64,000 bases of DNA from an uncultured bacterium (GTDB lineage: Bacteria > Patescibacteriota > Patescibacteriia > Patescibacteriales > UBA12465), in contig OW818634.1 of NCBI GenBank assembly GCA_942492765.1, positions 793,159 through 857,158 of the forward strand, written 5' to 3'. Position numbers and translations under genes: made by a program. Within the stretch, counting starts at the first letter, position 1; the number at the start of each line of letters is the position of its first letter. The notes beneath the pieces are model-generated. The model did not search any database and had not been told where the DNA came from. It saw only the letters and a program-made list of their open reading frames with translations. Positions 9,877 through 19,093 of the stretch are shown here, piece by piece.

Positions 9877-10749
9877 ATGAAAAAAGTCAGAAAAGCCATA
9901 TTTCCGGTAGCCGGTTTCGGAACGCGTTTCCTGCCGGCGACTAAGGCTCAGCCCAAAGAGATGCTCATGGTCGTCGATAAGCCGGTTATTCAATATCTGG
10001 TTGAAGAAGCGGTCAAGGCCGGCATTGAAGAGATCATTTTCGTGACTGGCCGCGGCAAGCGGGCAATCGAGGATCATTTCGATTATTCTTTCGAATTGGA
10101 AAAGACACTGGTAGAGAAGAATAAACTCGATCTCTTGAAGAAGGTCAAGGAAATAGAAAATCTGGCGAAGTTCTCTTATGTGCGCCAGCCGATCCCGTTA
10201 GGCGACGGCCACGCGATCTTATGCGCCGCCCATTTAGTCGAAGAAGATGAGCCGGTGCTCGTTATCTTCGGCGATACCATGTATGATGCCCCGACTTCTC
10301 ATATCAAGCAGGTGACTGACGTTTACGAAAAATATGGCGATCCGGTCGTCGGCCTGTCAGAAGTCGATAAGAATGAGGTCAACAAGTTCGGCGTTATCGG
10401 CGGCACTGATCTAGGAGATGGTAATTATGAGATCAAAGAATTCGTGGAGAAGCCGAAAGTCGGAGAAGCTCCGTCTAACCTAGCGGCTGTCGGCATTTAT
10501 GTGATAACTCCGGAAGTCTTGAAAGTCTTGGGAGGCATGAAATCAGGCAAATCTGGCGAGATCCGTTTGGCCGATGCTTTCGATCTGATGCTGGAGGATG
10601 GACGTCCGCTTTACGGCAAGAAGATCGAAGGAGAATGGATCGATACCGGCAATAAATTCAATTTCTTGAAAGCTTCTATCAAGTTCGGCTTGAAAGACGA
10701 AGAGATCGGAAAGGATTTGCAGAAGCTGATCAATGAACTAGCGGATTAA
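9877..10749 (+). CDS. galU: UTP-glucose-1-phosphate uridylyltransferase
   Basis: KAIFPVAGFGTRFLPATKAQPKEML, VEKPK motifs. Confidence 0.9.
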   Translation: MKKVRKAIFPVAGFGTRFLPATKAQPKEMLMVVDKPVIQYLVEEAVKAGIEEIIFVTGRGKRAIEDHFDYSFELEKTLVEKNKLDLLKKVKEIENLAKFSYVRQPIPLGDGHAILCAAHLVEEDEPVLVIFGDTMYDAPTSHIKQVTDVYEKYGDPVVGLSEVDKNEVNKFGVIGGTDLGDGNYEIKEFVEKPKVGEAPSNLAAVGIYVITPEVLKVLGGMKSGKSGEIRLADAFDLMLEDGRPLYGKKIEGEWIDTGNKFNFLKASIKFGLKDEEIGKDLQKLINELAD

Positions 10750-10770
10750 AGAAAATTATTTCTTCAATAA

Positions 10771-10797
10771 AAAAAGAACCGGAGACCGGTTCTTTTT
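10771..10797. terminator. Bidirectional terminator
   Basis: gaaccgg-aga-ccggttc hairpin flanked by A-run and T-run between convergent genes. Confidence 0.7.
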
Positions 10798-10815
10798 AAT
10801 TCATCAGCCTATGAT

Positions 10816-12144
10816 TTATTGCAGCACCATTTTATATATGCCAGATTCTTGTCCCCGTTTCGCCCAGAAGTAGATGAGATTATTCTTTTCATCTATCGAA
10901 GCTCCGCTGATCTTGTCTGCCTGGAAGATCTTAGTGGCGGCATTCATTTTCATATCCAGCGCGTTCAGGCTGTTCGCGGTCGAGAAGATTAGGTAGCCGC
11001 CGTCTTTATTCCATATTAATCTCGTGATTTCTTCGCCGACGCGCGTTAGGAGATCCGAGCTTCCGGTCTTGCGGCTGAAACGGTAGATTTCCCAGGTATT
11101 GTTATATAACAAGGTATCGGAATCGATCCATTGCCAACTGATGACATTGTTTATCGTCTGGGTCCCGCTTTGGATATTATTAGGGTTGATGATATAAAGA
11201 GTCCTATTCTGATTGTCATATAAATCCAAGGAAGCGGCGTTATCATGATGGAATTCATAGCGTCCTACTGTCGGAAGATTAAGCGTCTGTTCGATTTTTT
11301 GGGAAGAAAGGGAATATCTATTGATAGAAATTTTTCCAGAAGCGGAAGTGACGAAGAAGATATTATCTCCGCGCGGTTCATAGGTGTCATAAGTTTCGCC
11401 GCGCGTCACGAGCGTGCTTGTCTTGTCGGAAATCTTCAGATAGCTGAGAGAATTATCGTTGCGATAATATAAGCGATTTTGGCCCTCATCCAGATACCAG
11501 CTATCCGCTCCCGATCCGATCAGGCGTCCATAAGCGGCGTCGTCAGTCGGATCAGCTCCATAGATGTTCCCAGAGGCTAACAGCTTGTCGGCGTTGTTGA
11601 GCCAGACAGCGTCGATGCCTTCATCGGGGATGCTTCTCTCAGTACCATTCTTAAGGGCAATGACCTTGCTGAGAACCGGGATATAGAGATATTTCCGGCT
11701 GGCGCTGAGTTTCGCCTCTACCTCGCCGCTAGCCGCGAGCAGCAAGGGGGTATCATTGCGGAAAAGGTTGATATCTTCAGCGAAAGTCGTCTGCCCGGAA
11801 GAGACATAAATTTTTTTCTGGAAAGGCCAATAGCCCTCGCGTTCCAAGCGCAAGGTGTATTCGCCGGGCAGGACGTTCTTTACTTTGGCGGAGGTTGTCA
11901 GATATTCCTTATTGAAAGGATTAAGGGAAAGATTAGACTGGGGCTTGTCATCGAGATAGACGACGGCGCCTCTCGGGACCGTATCGACAGCGATCATGCC
12001 GGTCTTGATGAGCAGGCGATTGAATTTCAGAGGCCAGCTCAGATTGAATTTATAGCCGGAAGCATATAGGGATATCAGGATAGTGCCGGTCACAAAAAAG
12101 AAGATGAAAAGATAAAAGATGTAGTCTCGGGTCTTTTTAGTCAT
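10816..12144 (-). CDS. Membrane-anchored PEGA-domain / beta-propeller-like protein
   Basis: N-terminal TM helix, PEGA-like segment (VDTVPRGAVVYLDD), long beta-rich C-terminal region. Confidence 0.55.
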   Translation of the reverse strand: MTKKTRDYIFYLFIFFFVTGTILISLYASGYKFNLSWPLKFNRLLIKTGMIAVDTVPRGAVVYLDDKPQSNLSLNPFNKEYLTTSAKVKNVLPGEYTLRLEREGYWPFQKKIYVSSGQTTFAEDINLFRNDTPLLLAASGEVEAKLSASRKYLYIPVLSKVIALKNGTERSIPDEGIDAVWLNNADKLLASGNIYGADPTDDAAYGRLIGSGADSWYLDEGQNRLYYRNDNSLSYLKISDKTSTLVTRGETYDTYEPRGDNIFFVTSASGKISINRYSLSSQKIEQTLNLPTVGRYEFHHDNAASLDLYDNQNRTLYIINPNNIQSGTQTINNVISWQWIDSDTLLYNNTWEIYRFSRKTGSSDLLTRVGEEITRLIWNKDGGYLIFSTANSLNALDMKMNAATKIFQADKISGASIDEKNNLIYFWAKRGQESGIYKMVLQ

Positions 12145-12156
12145 AGAGCGGGATTA

Positions 12157-13416
12157 TTATTCGACGCGCTGGATATCGGCGCCTAATTTTCTAAGCCTCT
12201 CATCCAGCTTCTCGTAGCCGCGATCGATCTGGTAGATATTATCTATCTCAGTCGTCCCTTCGGCGATGAGCGCGGCAATGACAAGCGCGATGCCAGCGCG
12301 GATATCCGGGCTGATCAAGCGCTTGCCGTAAAGCTTGGTCGGACCGCTAACGACGACGCGGTGCGGATCACACATAACAATATTGGCGCCCATCTGCGAC
12401 AGCATATCGGTCCAGATGAGGCGGCGGTCATAGATATTTTCCTGGATAAGAGAGTTTCCATGCGCCTGGGTCATAAGCACGACATAAGGAGATTGCAGGT
12501 CTGTCGAGAAGCCGGGGTATTCATGAGTCTTCATGTCATAAGCGCGGATGTCCGAAGATTTTTTAATCTTTATCCAATCGGCGCCCTTTTCGTAATTGAC
12601 TCCGATCTTGTCGAAGATGGTCAGGAGGTTGAGCAGGTGTTCCGGATTGCATTTCTTGATGAGTATCTCTGAATTGGTCGCGGCGGCCATCAAGGCGAAA
12701 GAGCCAGCCTCGATACGGTCGGGGATTATTTCGCAATCGCCGGCATTTAATTTCTCGACCCCCTCGATAGTGATAGTGGGAGTGCCGGCGCCGATGATTT
12801 TTGCTCCTTGCGCGTTAAGATAATCAGCGAGCGCTTCGACCTCCGGTTCCATGGCGCAGTTTCTAAGAATAGTCTTGCCTTTGGCAAGGCAGGCGGTGGA
12901 CATCAAACTCTGAGTACCGGTTACAGTCGCAGTCGTGAAGAAGAAATCGCAGCCAGTTAAGTGTTTGCCTCTGATTTCGTAGTAATTGTCCTTTACTTCG
13001 ACTTTCGCTCCGAGAGCGGTAAAGCCTTCGAGAAATAGATCGATTGGGCGTCCGGCAGCTCCGATGACGCAGCCTCCCGGGTGAGGGAATCTAACTTCGC
13101 CGAAGCGGGCCAATAAAGGTCCGACGAACATGACCGAAGTCCGGAATTTATCGGCGATCTTCTTGTCTAGTTCCATCTTAGTGATATTGCTGGCGTCGAT
13201 TATGATATTCTCGCCGTTATCTTCTATCTTAGCGCCTAAATCGGCTAATAATTCTAAGGATTTTTCAACGCCATCGATTCTCGGCACGTTATGGAGATTG
13301 ATAGCGCTAGCTGATAATAAGGATATGGGCAGCATTATTTGGGCATTATTTTTGGCTCCGCCAGTAATGATTTCGCCGCTTAATTTGTTTCCGCCGGTAA
13401 TAATGAATTTTGGCAT
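12157..13416 (-). CDS. murA: UDP-N-acetylglucosamine 1-carboxyvinyltransferase
   Basis: ITGGNKLSGEI, PGGCVIGAAGRPIDL (active-site Cys loop), YPGFSTDLQ. Confidence 0.95.
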   Translation of the reverse strand: MPKFIITGGNKLSGEIITGGAKNNAQIMLPISLLSASAINLHNVPRIDGVEKSLELLADLGAKIEDNGENIIIDASNITKMELDKKIADKFRTSVMFVGPLLARFGEVRFPHPGGCVIGAAGRPIDLFLEGFTALGAKVEVKDNYYEIRGKHLTGCDFFFTTATVTGTQSLMSTACLAKGKTILRNCAMEPEVEALADYLNAQGAKIIGAGTPTITIEGVEKLNAGDCEIIPDRIEAGSFALMAAATNSEILIKKCNPEHLLNLLTIFDKIGVNYEKGADWIKIKKSSDIRAYDMKTHEYPGFSTDLQSPYVVLMTQAHGNSLIQENIYDRRLIWTDMLSQMGANIVMCDPHRVVVSGPTKLYGKRLISPDIRAGIALVIAALIAEGTTEIDNIYQIDRGYEKLDERLRKLGADIQRVE

Positions 13417-13467
13417 ATTTGTAAAGCCTGTTTATTAGTTAATCTTAGCTTCACTATAACCCATTTG

Positions 13468-13495
13468 TTGACATTTTTCAAATATTTGCTATCAT
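13468..13495 (+). promoter_or_regulatory. Sigma70-type promoter for rplU
   Basis: TTGACA - 16 nt - TATCAT about 50 nt upstream of the rplU ATG. Confidence 0.5.
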
Positions 13496-13545
13496 TAAGT
13501 TAGTTCAGAGATACATCTGATTTTTTATTAAAAAAATTCGCTAAT

Positions 13546-13854
13546 ATGTCAAAAATTGCAGTCATCAAGACCGGAGGCAAACAGTACAAAGTCAAGGAGG
13601 GGGATACTATTAAGGTAGAAAAACTGGAAGCTGAAAACGGCCAGAAAATTAAATTCGATACCCTTTTGATCGCCGATGGCGATAAATTAGAGTTGGGCCA
13701 GCCGTCTTTGGGCGAGAAGGTCGAAGCCGAGGTAATGGAAACCGCTAAGGGCAAGAAAGTAACCGTCGTCAAATACAAGAACAAGACTAGATATAAGAAG
13801 ACTGTCGGCCATCGTCAGCAGTTCACTGCCGTCAAGGTCTTGAAGATTGCTTAA
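13546..13854 (+). CDS. rplU: 50S ribosomal protein L21
   Basis: IAVIKTGGKQYKV.EGD, GHRQQFT motifs; 102 aa. Confidence 0.95.
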   Translation: MSKIAVIKTGGKQYKVKEGDTIKVEKLEAENGQKIKFDTLLIADGDKLELGQPSLGEKVEAEVMETAKGKKVTVVKYKNKTRYKKTVGHRQQFTAVKVLKIA

Positions 13855-13882
13855 TCTGTCAGCGCAAAAATTTCTTAAAATA

Positions 13883-13913
13883 AAAAACCGCTTTTAATCA
13901 AAGCGGTTTTTTT
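13883..13913 (+). terminator. Rho-independent terminator after rplU
   Basis: accgctt / aagcggt stem followed by a T-run. Confidence 0.7.
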
Positions 13914-14254
13914 GTGATCATTCTTTTTTGTTTCTGCCACCAGGTTCGTCTTTTGTTTTTCCTGGCTAACCTCTTTTTGCGGCGGCGGCCTACTCTTTCC
14001 TTTCTATTGGCTTTTATTCTTTTCATCATTCTTAGGAATATCAGACCCCTTTTACGAGGCAGAAGTTTTATCAGAAGCAAAATTCTTGGAAATAATTTTC
14101 TGGTGTTCTCTTTATTGAATTTTAATGTCCTGACAAACCCTACAATCAGGTTGACATGGCCGTTGACTCGCTTGTTAAAGAGCCCGATGAGCCACATTAT
14201 TCCTAGCGCCAGAGCCGCTAGGACGACTACTGCAGCTATTGATAATGTTACCAT
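13898..14254 (-). CDS. Hypothetical small membrane protein with highly basic tail
   Basis: N-terminal TM helix (LSIAAVVVLAALALGIMWLIGLF), Arg/Lys-rich C-terminus, AGGAA-type SD upstream, 19 nt downstream of recR on the same strand. Confidence 0.4.
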   Translation of the reverse strand: MVTLSIAAVVVLAALALGIMWLIGLFNKRVNGHVNLIVGFVRTLKFNKENTRKLFPRILLLIKLLPRKRGLIFLRMMKRIKANRKERVGRRRKKRLARKNKRRTWWQKQKRMITKKPL

Positions 14255-14273
14255 CTTCTTTCCTTTCTTATTT

Positions 14274-14873
14274 TTATTTGTTTATTTCATTGCGATATTT
14301 CAGGGCGTTGCTGAGAGTCAGTTCATCGGCGTACTCTAAATCGGAGCCGGCCGGCAAGCCTTTAGCCAGGCGAGTTATCTTCAGGCGGTCTTTCAAAATC
14401 TTGGTCAGATACATGGAAGTTGTTTCTCCCTCCATCGTGAAGTTAAGGGCTAAAATGATTTCTTTAACGTTTCCAGATTTTATCTTTTTTAGTAGTTTTT
14501 CAATATTCAGATCTTCCGGCCCGACGCCGCTGATCGTATTTATCAAGCCGCCGAGGATGAAGTAGCGGCCGTCGTATTGCTTAGTCGCCTCAATAGCGAT
14601 CAAATCTTGGATATTCTCGATTATGCAGAGGATGTCTTGGCGCCGCGATGCATCGGAGCAGATCGGGCAGGGGTCGCTTTCACAGATGCTCTGGCATTCG
14701 CGGCAGACCGTAATTTTATCCTGGAGTCCGGAGATAGCCGCTCCAAAACTCTCTAATTTTTCCGGTGCCTGCCTCAATAGATAAAAAGCATAGCGTTCCG
14801 CCGTTTTCGGGCCGACGCTAGGCAAGCCGGATAGCTTATCTATTAAGTTTTGGAGAGCGGCTGGATATTTCAT
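14274..14873 (-). CDS. recR: Recombination protein RecR
   Basis: LPSVGPKTAER, C4 zinc finger CRECQSI..CPIC, Toprim-like region. Confidence 0.95.
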   Translation of the reverse strand: MKYPAALQNLIDKLSGLPSVGPKTAERYAFYLLRQAPEKLESFGAAISGLQDKITVCRECQSICESDPCPICSDASRRQDILCIIENIQDLIAIEATKQYDGRYFILGGLINTISGVGPEDLNIEKLLKKIKSGNVKEIILALNFTMEGETTSMYLTKILKDRLKITRLAKGLPAGSDLEYADELTLSNALKYRNEINK

Positions 14874-15148
14874 TAGTTTAATCCTGGAATTCCGCCCATG
14901 TCCTGAAGCTTTTTGGCCATCAGTCTCTGGGCGCGTTTCAAGGCATCGTTAAAGCAGGATTTGATAGTCTCTTCTTGGACGTTTTTGGTCAGTTCGCCGT
15001 TAAGCTTTATCTCGAGCACTTCCATATTACCATTGAGGACGATCTTGACGCCGTTCTTTTCTTCGGTCACGGTTTCCTGGGCTAGAGCGCTCTGCATGGT
15101 CTTAGCCTGGCTGCGTAAGTCTTTGAACTGTTTCAATTTGCTGAACAT
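14873..15148 (-). CDS. ybaB: Nucleoid-associated protein YbaB/EbfC family
   Basis: 91 aa, KQAKTMQ..L, GGIPGLN tail; stop/start abuts recR. Confidence 0.85.
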   Translation of the reverse strand: MFSKLKQFKDLRSQAKTMQSALAQETVTEEKNGVKIVLNGNMEVLEIKLNGELTKNVQEETIKSCFNDALKRAQRLMAKKLQDMGGIPGLN

Positions 15149-15195
15149 ATTTATTGTTGCTTAGTTAATGATTAATAATTTTAGCACGATATTTC

Positions 15196-16584
15196 TTAAA
15201 ATTCCACTGGCGCGGAGTTGGTCGGCATCTTGGCGAGGTTCTTGAAGTTGACGGTGTTCTCATCGAAGAATAAGTCGACTTTTCCGGTCGGGCCGTTTCT
15301 ATGCTTGGCGATATGGATTTCCGCCTTATAACGTTCGTCTTGGGGCAGGTCGTTAGTGTTATATCCGCGATCAGCCGCTTTGCGGTAAATGAACATAACG
15401 ACGTCGGCGTCCTGCTCGATAGAACCGGAATCGCGCAGATGGGAAAGTTTCGGGATAGCTGGGTGAGTCATTTCCACGGCGCGGGATAACTGGGCTAGAG
15501 CTAAGATAGGGACATTTAGTTCGCGAGCGATGGCTTTGAGGCCGCGGCTGATTTCGGCAATCTCTTGGACGCGGTTGTCGCCGTATTTTCCTCGACCCTC
15601 CATCAGCTGCAGATAGTCGATGATGATGAGACCTAAGCCTTTTTCCATTTGCAAGCGACGAGCTTTGGCTCTGATTTCCATGATCGACAGGGTTCCGGAG
15701 TCGTCGATGTATATCGGCGCTTCAGCCAGTTTGCCCATACCATCGTTAAGTTTCATGAAATCGTCATCGGAAAGGTTACCAGTGCGCATCTTCCACAAGC
15801 TGATATTAGATTGGGCGCAGAGCATGCGGTCGACTAATTGCTCCTTGCTCATTTCCAGCGAGAAGATGCCGACGCCTTCTTTGCTCTTAATCGCCGCTTG
15901 GCGGGCGATATCGAGCGCGAAGGAAGTCTTGCCGACAGAAGGGCGGGCGGCGAGAATAATCAGGTCTGATTTCTGCAGTCCGGCTAAGAGGTTATCAAGA
16001 TCAGCAAAACCGGTCGAGAGGCCGCGGAGCTTACCGCCATATTTATGGAGTTCGTCGATGCGGTCGAAGGCAGCGCTTAAGAGATTATCGATCGGCATGA
16101 AAGCGTTTTTCAGGTATTTGCGGGAGACGCCGAAGACTTTCTTTTCGGTCTCGTCGAGGATCTCGTCTATCTCCCTTTCTTCGTTGAAGCTCATCGACGA
16201 TATTTCGGCCGCGGCTTGCTGCAAGCGGCGCAGGGTCGCCTTGCGCTGGATGATGTTAGCGTAATTGACGATATTTCCGGAAGTCGCGACGGTGTTCGAG
16301 AGCTGGGCTAGATAAGAGCGTCCGCCGATCGTGGTCATTTTCTTCTTGTCCTCTAAGCGGTTAGAAAGGGTAATGATATCTATCGGTTCCTGAGCAGCAT
16401 AAAGCTCCTTGATCGCATCATAGATTATTCTGTGCGCATCCTTATAGAAATCTTGCGGCATGATCGTGTCCGCGACTTTTATGATCGCGTCCTTATCGAT
16501 CAAGAGGGAACCGAGCAAAGATTCTTCGGCTTCAAGGCTATGCGGCGGCACTTTGCCGATTAAGTTTTCTTCATTAGTAGCCAT
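15196..16584 (-). CDS. dnaB: Replicative DNA helicase
   Basis: PPHSLEAEESLLGSLL, Walker A ARPSVGKTSFAL, IIIDYLQLM, RELNVPILALAQLSR. Confidence 0.95.
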   Translation of the reverse strand: MATNEENLIGKVPPHSLEAEESLLGSLLIDKDAIIKVADTIMPQDFYKDAHRIIYDAIKELYAAQEPIDIITLSNRLEDKKKMTTIGGRSYLAQLSNTVATSGNIVNYANIIQRKATLRRLQQAAAEISSMSFNEEREIDEILDETEKKVFGVSRKYLKNAFMPIDNLLSAAFDRIDELHKYGGKLRGLSTGFADLDNLLAGLQKSDLIILAARPSVGKTSFALDIARQAAIKSKEGVGIFSLEMSKEQLVDRMLCAQSNISLWKMRTGNLSDDDFMKLNDGMGKLAEAPIYIDDSGTLSIMEIRAKARRLQMEKGLGLIIIDYLQLMEGRGKYGDNRVQEIAEISRGLKAIARELNVPILALAQLSRAVEMTHPAIPKLSHLRDSGSIEQDADVVMFIYRKAADRGYNTNDLPQDERYKAEIHIAKHRNGPTGKVDLFFDENTVNFKNLAKMPTNSAPVEF

Positions 16585-16749
16585 AATATTTTAGCCTATT
16601 AGATAATGATAGCTAAGTTTTCTTCACCCTTATCTTAGCTTATGCTCATCATTTTTTCAATGACTTTTTATTAACCTTTTATCAACGCCTTATTAACCCG
16701 GCCCGATTGACAAAGCTCGCTTTTTCTTATGAATTTTCGGTGATTTTTT

Positions 16750-16769
16750 AAAAAACCGCTCGCGCGGTT
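16750..16769 (-). terminator. Terminator downstream of the tRNA-Lys/tRNA-Thr pair
   Basis: On the minus strand aaccgc-gcga-gcggtt followed by a T-run. Confidence 0.5.
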
Positions 16770-16790
16770 AAAGCGTAAGCGGTTTTTATC

Positions 16791-16866
16791 TGGAGCCGAC
16801 TGTCGGGCTCGGACCGACGACCTGCTGTTTACAAGACAGCTGCTCTACCAGCTGAGCTAAGTCGGC
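16791..16866 (-). tRNA. tRNA-Thr (anticodon UGU), CCA encoded
   Basis: Hand-folded cloverleaf: acceptor gccgact/agtcggc, anticodon loop cuUGUaa, T-stem gtcgg/ccgac; T-loop reads tccgagc (non-canonical). Confidence 0.85.
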
Positions 16867-16966
16867 GCAACTGACATAATCAATATAAAAGATTTTTCTA
16901 ATTTTAGCAAGCCTTTGATCTTATTCAGCTTGGTAATAAAAAACAGGCGTTAACCTGTCTTTTATG

Positions 16967-17039
16967 TGCGCCCAGCTGGATTCGAACCAGCGACCATCAG
17001 CTTAAAAGGCTGTTGCTCTACCAACTGAGCTATAGGCGC
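16967..17039 (-). tRNA. tRNA-Lys (anticodon UUU)
   Basis: Acceptor gcgccta/tgggcgc, D-arm gctc-agttggta-gagc, anticodon loop cuUUUaa, T-loop ttcgaat; no encoded CCA. Confidence 0.9.
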
Positions 17040-17138
17040 TCGTTATAATAAAATGGCCATATAAATGAGCCAGTTTTATTACAAATCTGATAATAACAAA
17101 AGATTCATCGTTTGACAAGAGCGCGAGAAGAGTGGGTA

Positions 17139-17354
17139 TTAGAATTTGAATAATTCATTAATAGTCGTTCTCAATGCGACAGCCACATCATGCGCCAGTT
17201 TTAATGACGGATTATATTTTCCAGCCTCCAAGAATAGGATAGTCTCCCGCCTGACGCCGACTTTCTGCGCTAGATCTTCCTGGGTCAGGTTATAGAGCGC
17301 GCGCAATTCTTTTATCTTATTAGTCATAGCTTTCGGATTAGCGGCAGGTTTCAA
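17139..17354 (-). CDS. XRE-family HTH transcriptional regulator (YozG-like)
   Basis: 71 aa, [38 protein letters not shown]. Confidence 0.85.
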   Translation of the reverse strand: MKPAANPKAMTNKIKELRALYNLTQEDLAQKVGVRRETILFLEAGKYNPSLKLAHDVAVALRTTINELFKF

Positions 17355-17910
17355 GAGGCATGGCCGCGCTCGGATTACCGTGCCGAGTCCAATTTCCGTC
17401 AGCGCAGATCCACTCGTCTTCGGGCGTGAACATTCGCAGGCTGGCGATAGCTAGAATAAAAGCGACTATCAGAGCGAGTAGAAAAAAGGGAAGATAATGC
17501 TTGAATCTTTTAGCGAAACCGTTTTTAGAAGCGGCGTCGCGTGTTTTAAGAAAATTGAAGACGACGGAATTAAGCAGCATCAGGCCGCAAGTAAGGTAGG
17601 CGAGGAGCATGGCGACGTTGGCGAATTCTGGCTGCTTAGCCTGGAGAGCCATCAAGATGAACATGCCCGCGACCATGATGACGGCGAAGATAGAAATGCT
17701 GTAGCGCGCGGCAGTTCCAGCCATATTATAGTCGCGTTCGTCTGCCAGCACTTCTTTGACTTTCTGCCGGCCGAGTCTGATTAAAATCATGCCAGCCGCT
17801 ATTGCGATGATTGGCGCGATATAATTTTTCATGCTGATAGAGATAGAGATAGCGCTCGCCAGCATGATGACGATAGCGATCTTGTAGCCCTGGAATTGTT
17901 TGGCGGTCAT
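17338..17910 (-). CDS. Multi-pass membrane protein (DUF2178-like)
   Basis: Four hydrophobic helices; overlaps the downstream XRE gene by 17 nt, the usual DUF2178/XRE pairing. Confidence 0.55.
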   Translation of the reverse strand: MTAKQFQGYKIAIVIMLASAISISISMKNYIAPIIAIAAGMILIRLGRQKVKEVLADERDYNMAGTAARYSISIFAVIMVAGMFILMALQAKQPEFANVAMLLAYLTCGLMLLNSVVFNFLKTRDAASKNGFAKRFKHYLPFFLLALIVAFILAIASLRMFTPEDEWICADGNWTRHGNPSAAMPLETCR

Positions 17911-17945
17911 AAGATTTTTATTCGGATTTTTGAGGTCCGAATTTG

Positions 17946-17986
17946 ATGTTAGAATTATATAACTCTATGTTATATTATTCTAACAT
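17946..17986. promoter_or_regulatory. Candidate operator: 16-bp inverted repeat with 9-bp spacer
   Basis: atgttagaattatata-N9-tatattattctaacat (one mismatch), 36 nt upstream of the membrane-protein/XRE operon. Confidence 0.5.
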
Positions 17987-18060
17987 TATTGTCAAGAGAG
18001 AAAGAGGCAATACGGAGCCCGCAATCATTTTATGGGGATATGAAAAAATCTGCTTAAATA

Positions 18061-18088
18061 AAAACCCTCATTAATAATTTAATGAGGG
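18061..18088 (-). terminator. Terminator of the small lipoprotein gene
   Basis: ccctcattaa / ttaatgaggg 10-bp stem, T-run on the minus strand. Confidence 0.65.
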
Positions 18089-18109
18089 TGGTAAAAATAA
18101 GATTGCGAA

Positions 18110-18430
18110 TTAACCGCTGCAGCTAAAGCCTTGAGTCTCGCATTCGACGATAGTAACAGTCGCCGCGCTACAGCCAGTGCCGCCGCTGATACCCACTAAT
18201 TGCCAAGAATAGACGCCGGGGACTAACTCGATGTCCTTGTGTTCTCCTGGATCGAGAGTTCCATAATTGACGCCGTTGATCATAATTCTTTGGACGGTGC
18301 TATGGCTTTTGTTGGTAAGAGAAAGTGTCCCATGTCCATCGCATTCTTCTATCGGTTCGCAAGATGAGCCGATAAATAGCGGTATAATCAGTAGGGCTGT
18401 CAAAATTAAAATGCTTTTAATTTTTTTCAT
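18110..18430 (-). CDS. Small secreted lipoprotein, function unknown
   Basis: Signal peptide with lipobox-like FIGSSC; Cys-containing mature part; 106 aa. Confidence 0.55.
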   Translation of the reverse strand: MKKIKSILILTALLIIPLFIGSSCEPIEECDGHGTLSLTNKSHSTVQRIMINGVNYGTLDPGEHKDIELVPGVYSWQLVGISGGTGCSAATVTIVECETQGFSCSG

Positions 18431-18570
18431 TTTGGCCTCCGTTTTAAGTTGGTAATTTACTGTCTAGAATATATAATATTTTTGATAATATGTCAATTTT
18501 GGTAAAGTTGGAGTATGGCCCTTGTTTTGCTATAATTTTAGAAGCATATAATTAAATAACACTAATTAAT

Positions 18571-18996
18571 ATGGAAAACTCAGAGAGTAAGAAGAGTTTG
18601 ACAGTTTTGAGTAGTAAATTTTATAGACGCTGGATGTTTGTGCTAGGTATTATAGCGACTATTGCCTATCGTGCCATCGTTGTCTTAAATGGCTATAACC
18701 AGATTTACGTTCAAATTACTTGGTATATAGGTACTATCGGGTTTGTCTGGTATTTTGCTCATAGATTTAACGTCGAAAATCGCCGCGATAGGCTGATTAC
18801 GGGTATGGGCTTAGCAGAGAAGATAAAAGACAATAAATCTTTAAATAATCAAGAGAGGGAATCTTTGGTGTATATTTTAAAAGGCCTTCAAACCAGCTTG
18901 TCGAAATGGAACTATATTGCTATTTTCTTTTTTTCGGCCATCGCTTTAATTTACGGCTTCTTTCGGGATGTCTGGCCTTTAATTAATAATTTCTAG
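18571..18996 (+). CDS. Hypothetical membrane protein
   Basis: 141 aa with three hydrophobic segments; no recognisable motif. Confidence 0.45.
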   Translation: MENSESKKSLTVLSSKFYRRWMFVLGIIATIAYRAIVVLNGYNQIYVQITWYIGTIGFVWYFAHRFNVENRRDRLITGMGLAEKIKDNKSLNNQERESLVYILKGLQTSLSKWNYIAIFFFSAIALIYGFFRDVWPLINNF

Positions 18997-19093
18997 GTGA
19001 GCTCCGCGCTTATTTCCATAATACTATGCTCTCCTCGTTTGCCCATATTAATAAAAATAGACCCAACATTCGTTGAGTCTATTTTTATCTTCG

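Noticed and set aside
13914-14339. Plus-strand 141-aa ORF downstream of rplU.
   Set aside because: It starts inside the rplU terminator, runs antisense into recR and is Leu/Phe/Arg low-complexity. The minus-strand alternative has better signals.
15620-16264. Long antisense ORFs in the supplied track. Examples: 15620-16264 inside dnaB, 39809-40327 inside the iPGM-like gene, 41405-41869 inside gyrB, 25376-25798 inside clpB, 2511-2894 inside gatB, 51908-52339 inside the ABC-like gene.
   Set aside because: All lie opposite strongly supported genes, have low-complexity or Ser/Arg/Ala-rich translations and no start-site signals. They are shadow ORFs.
16590-16745. Possible replication origin or DnaA boxes upstream of dnaB (e.g. 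ttatcaacg).
   Set aside because: Only weak 7/9 matches to TTATCCACA, no clustered boxes or adjacent dnaA/dnaN. More simply this is the dnaB promoter region.
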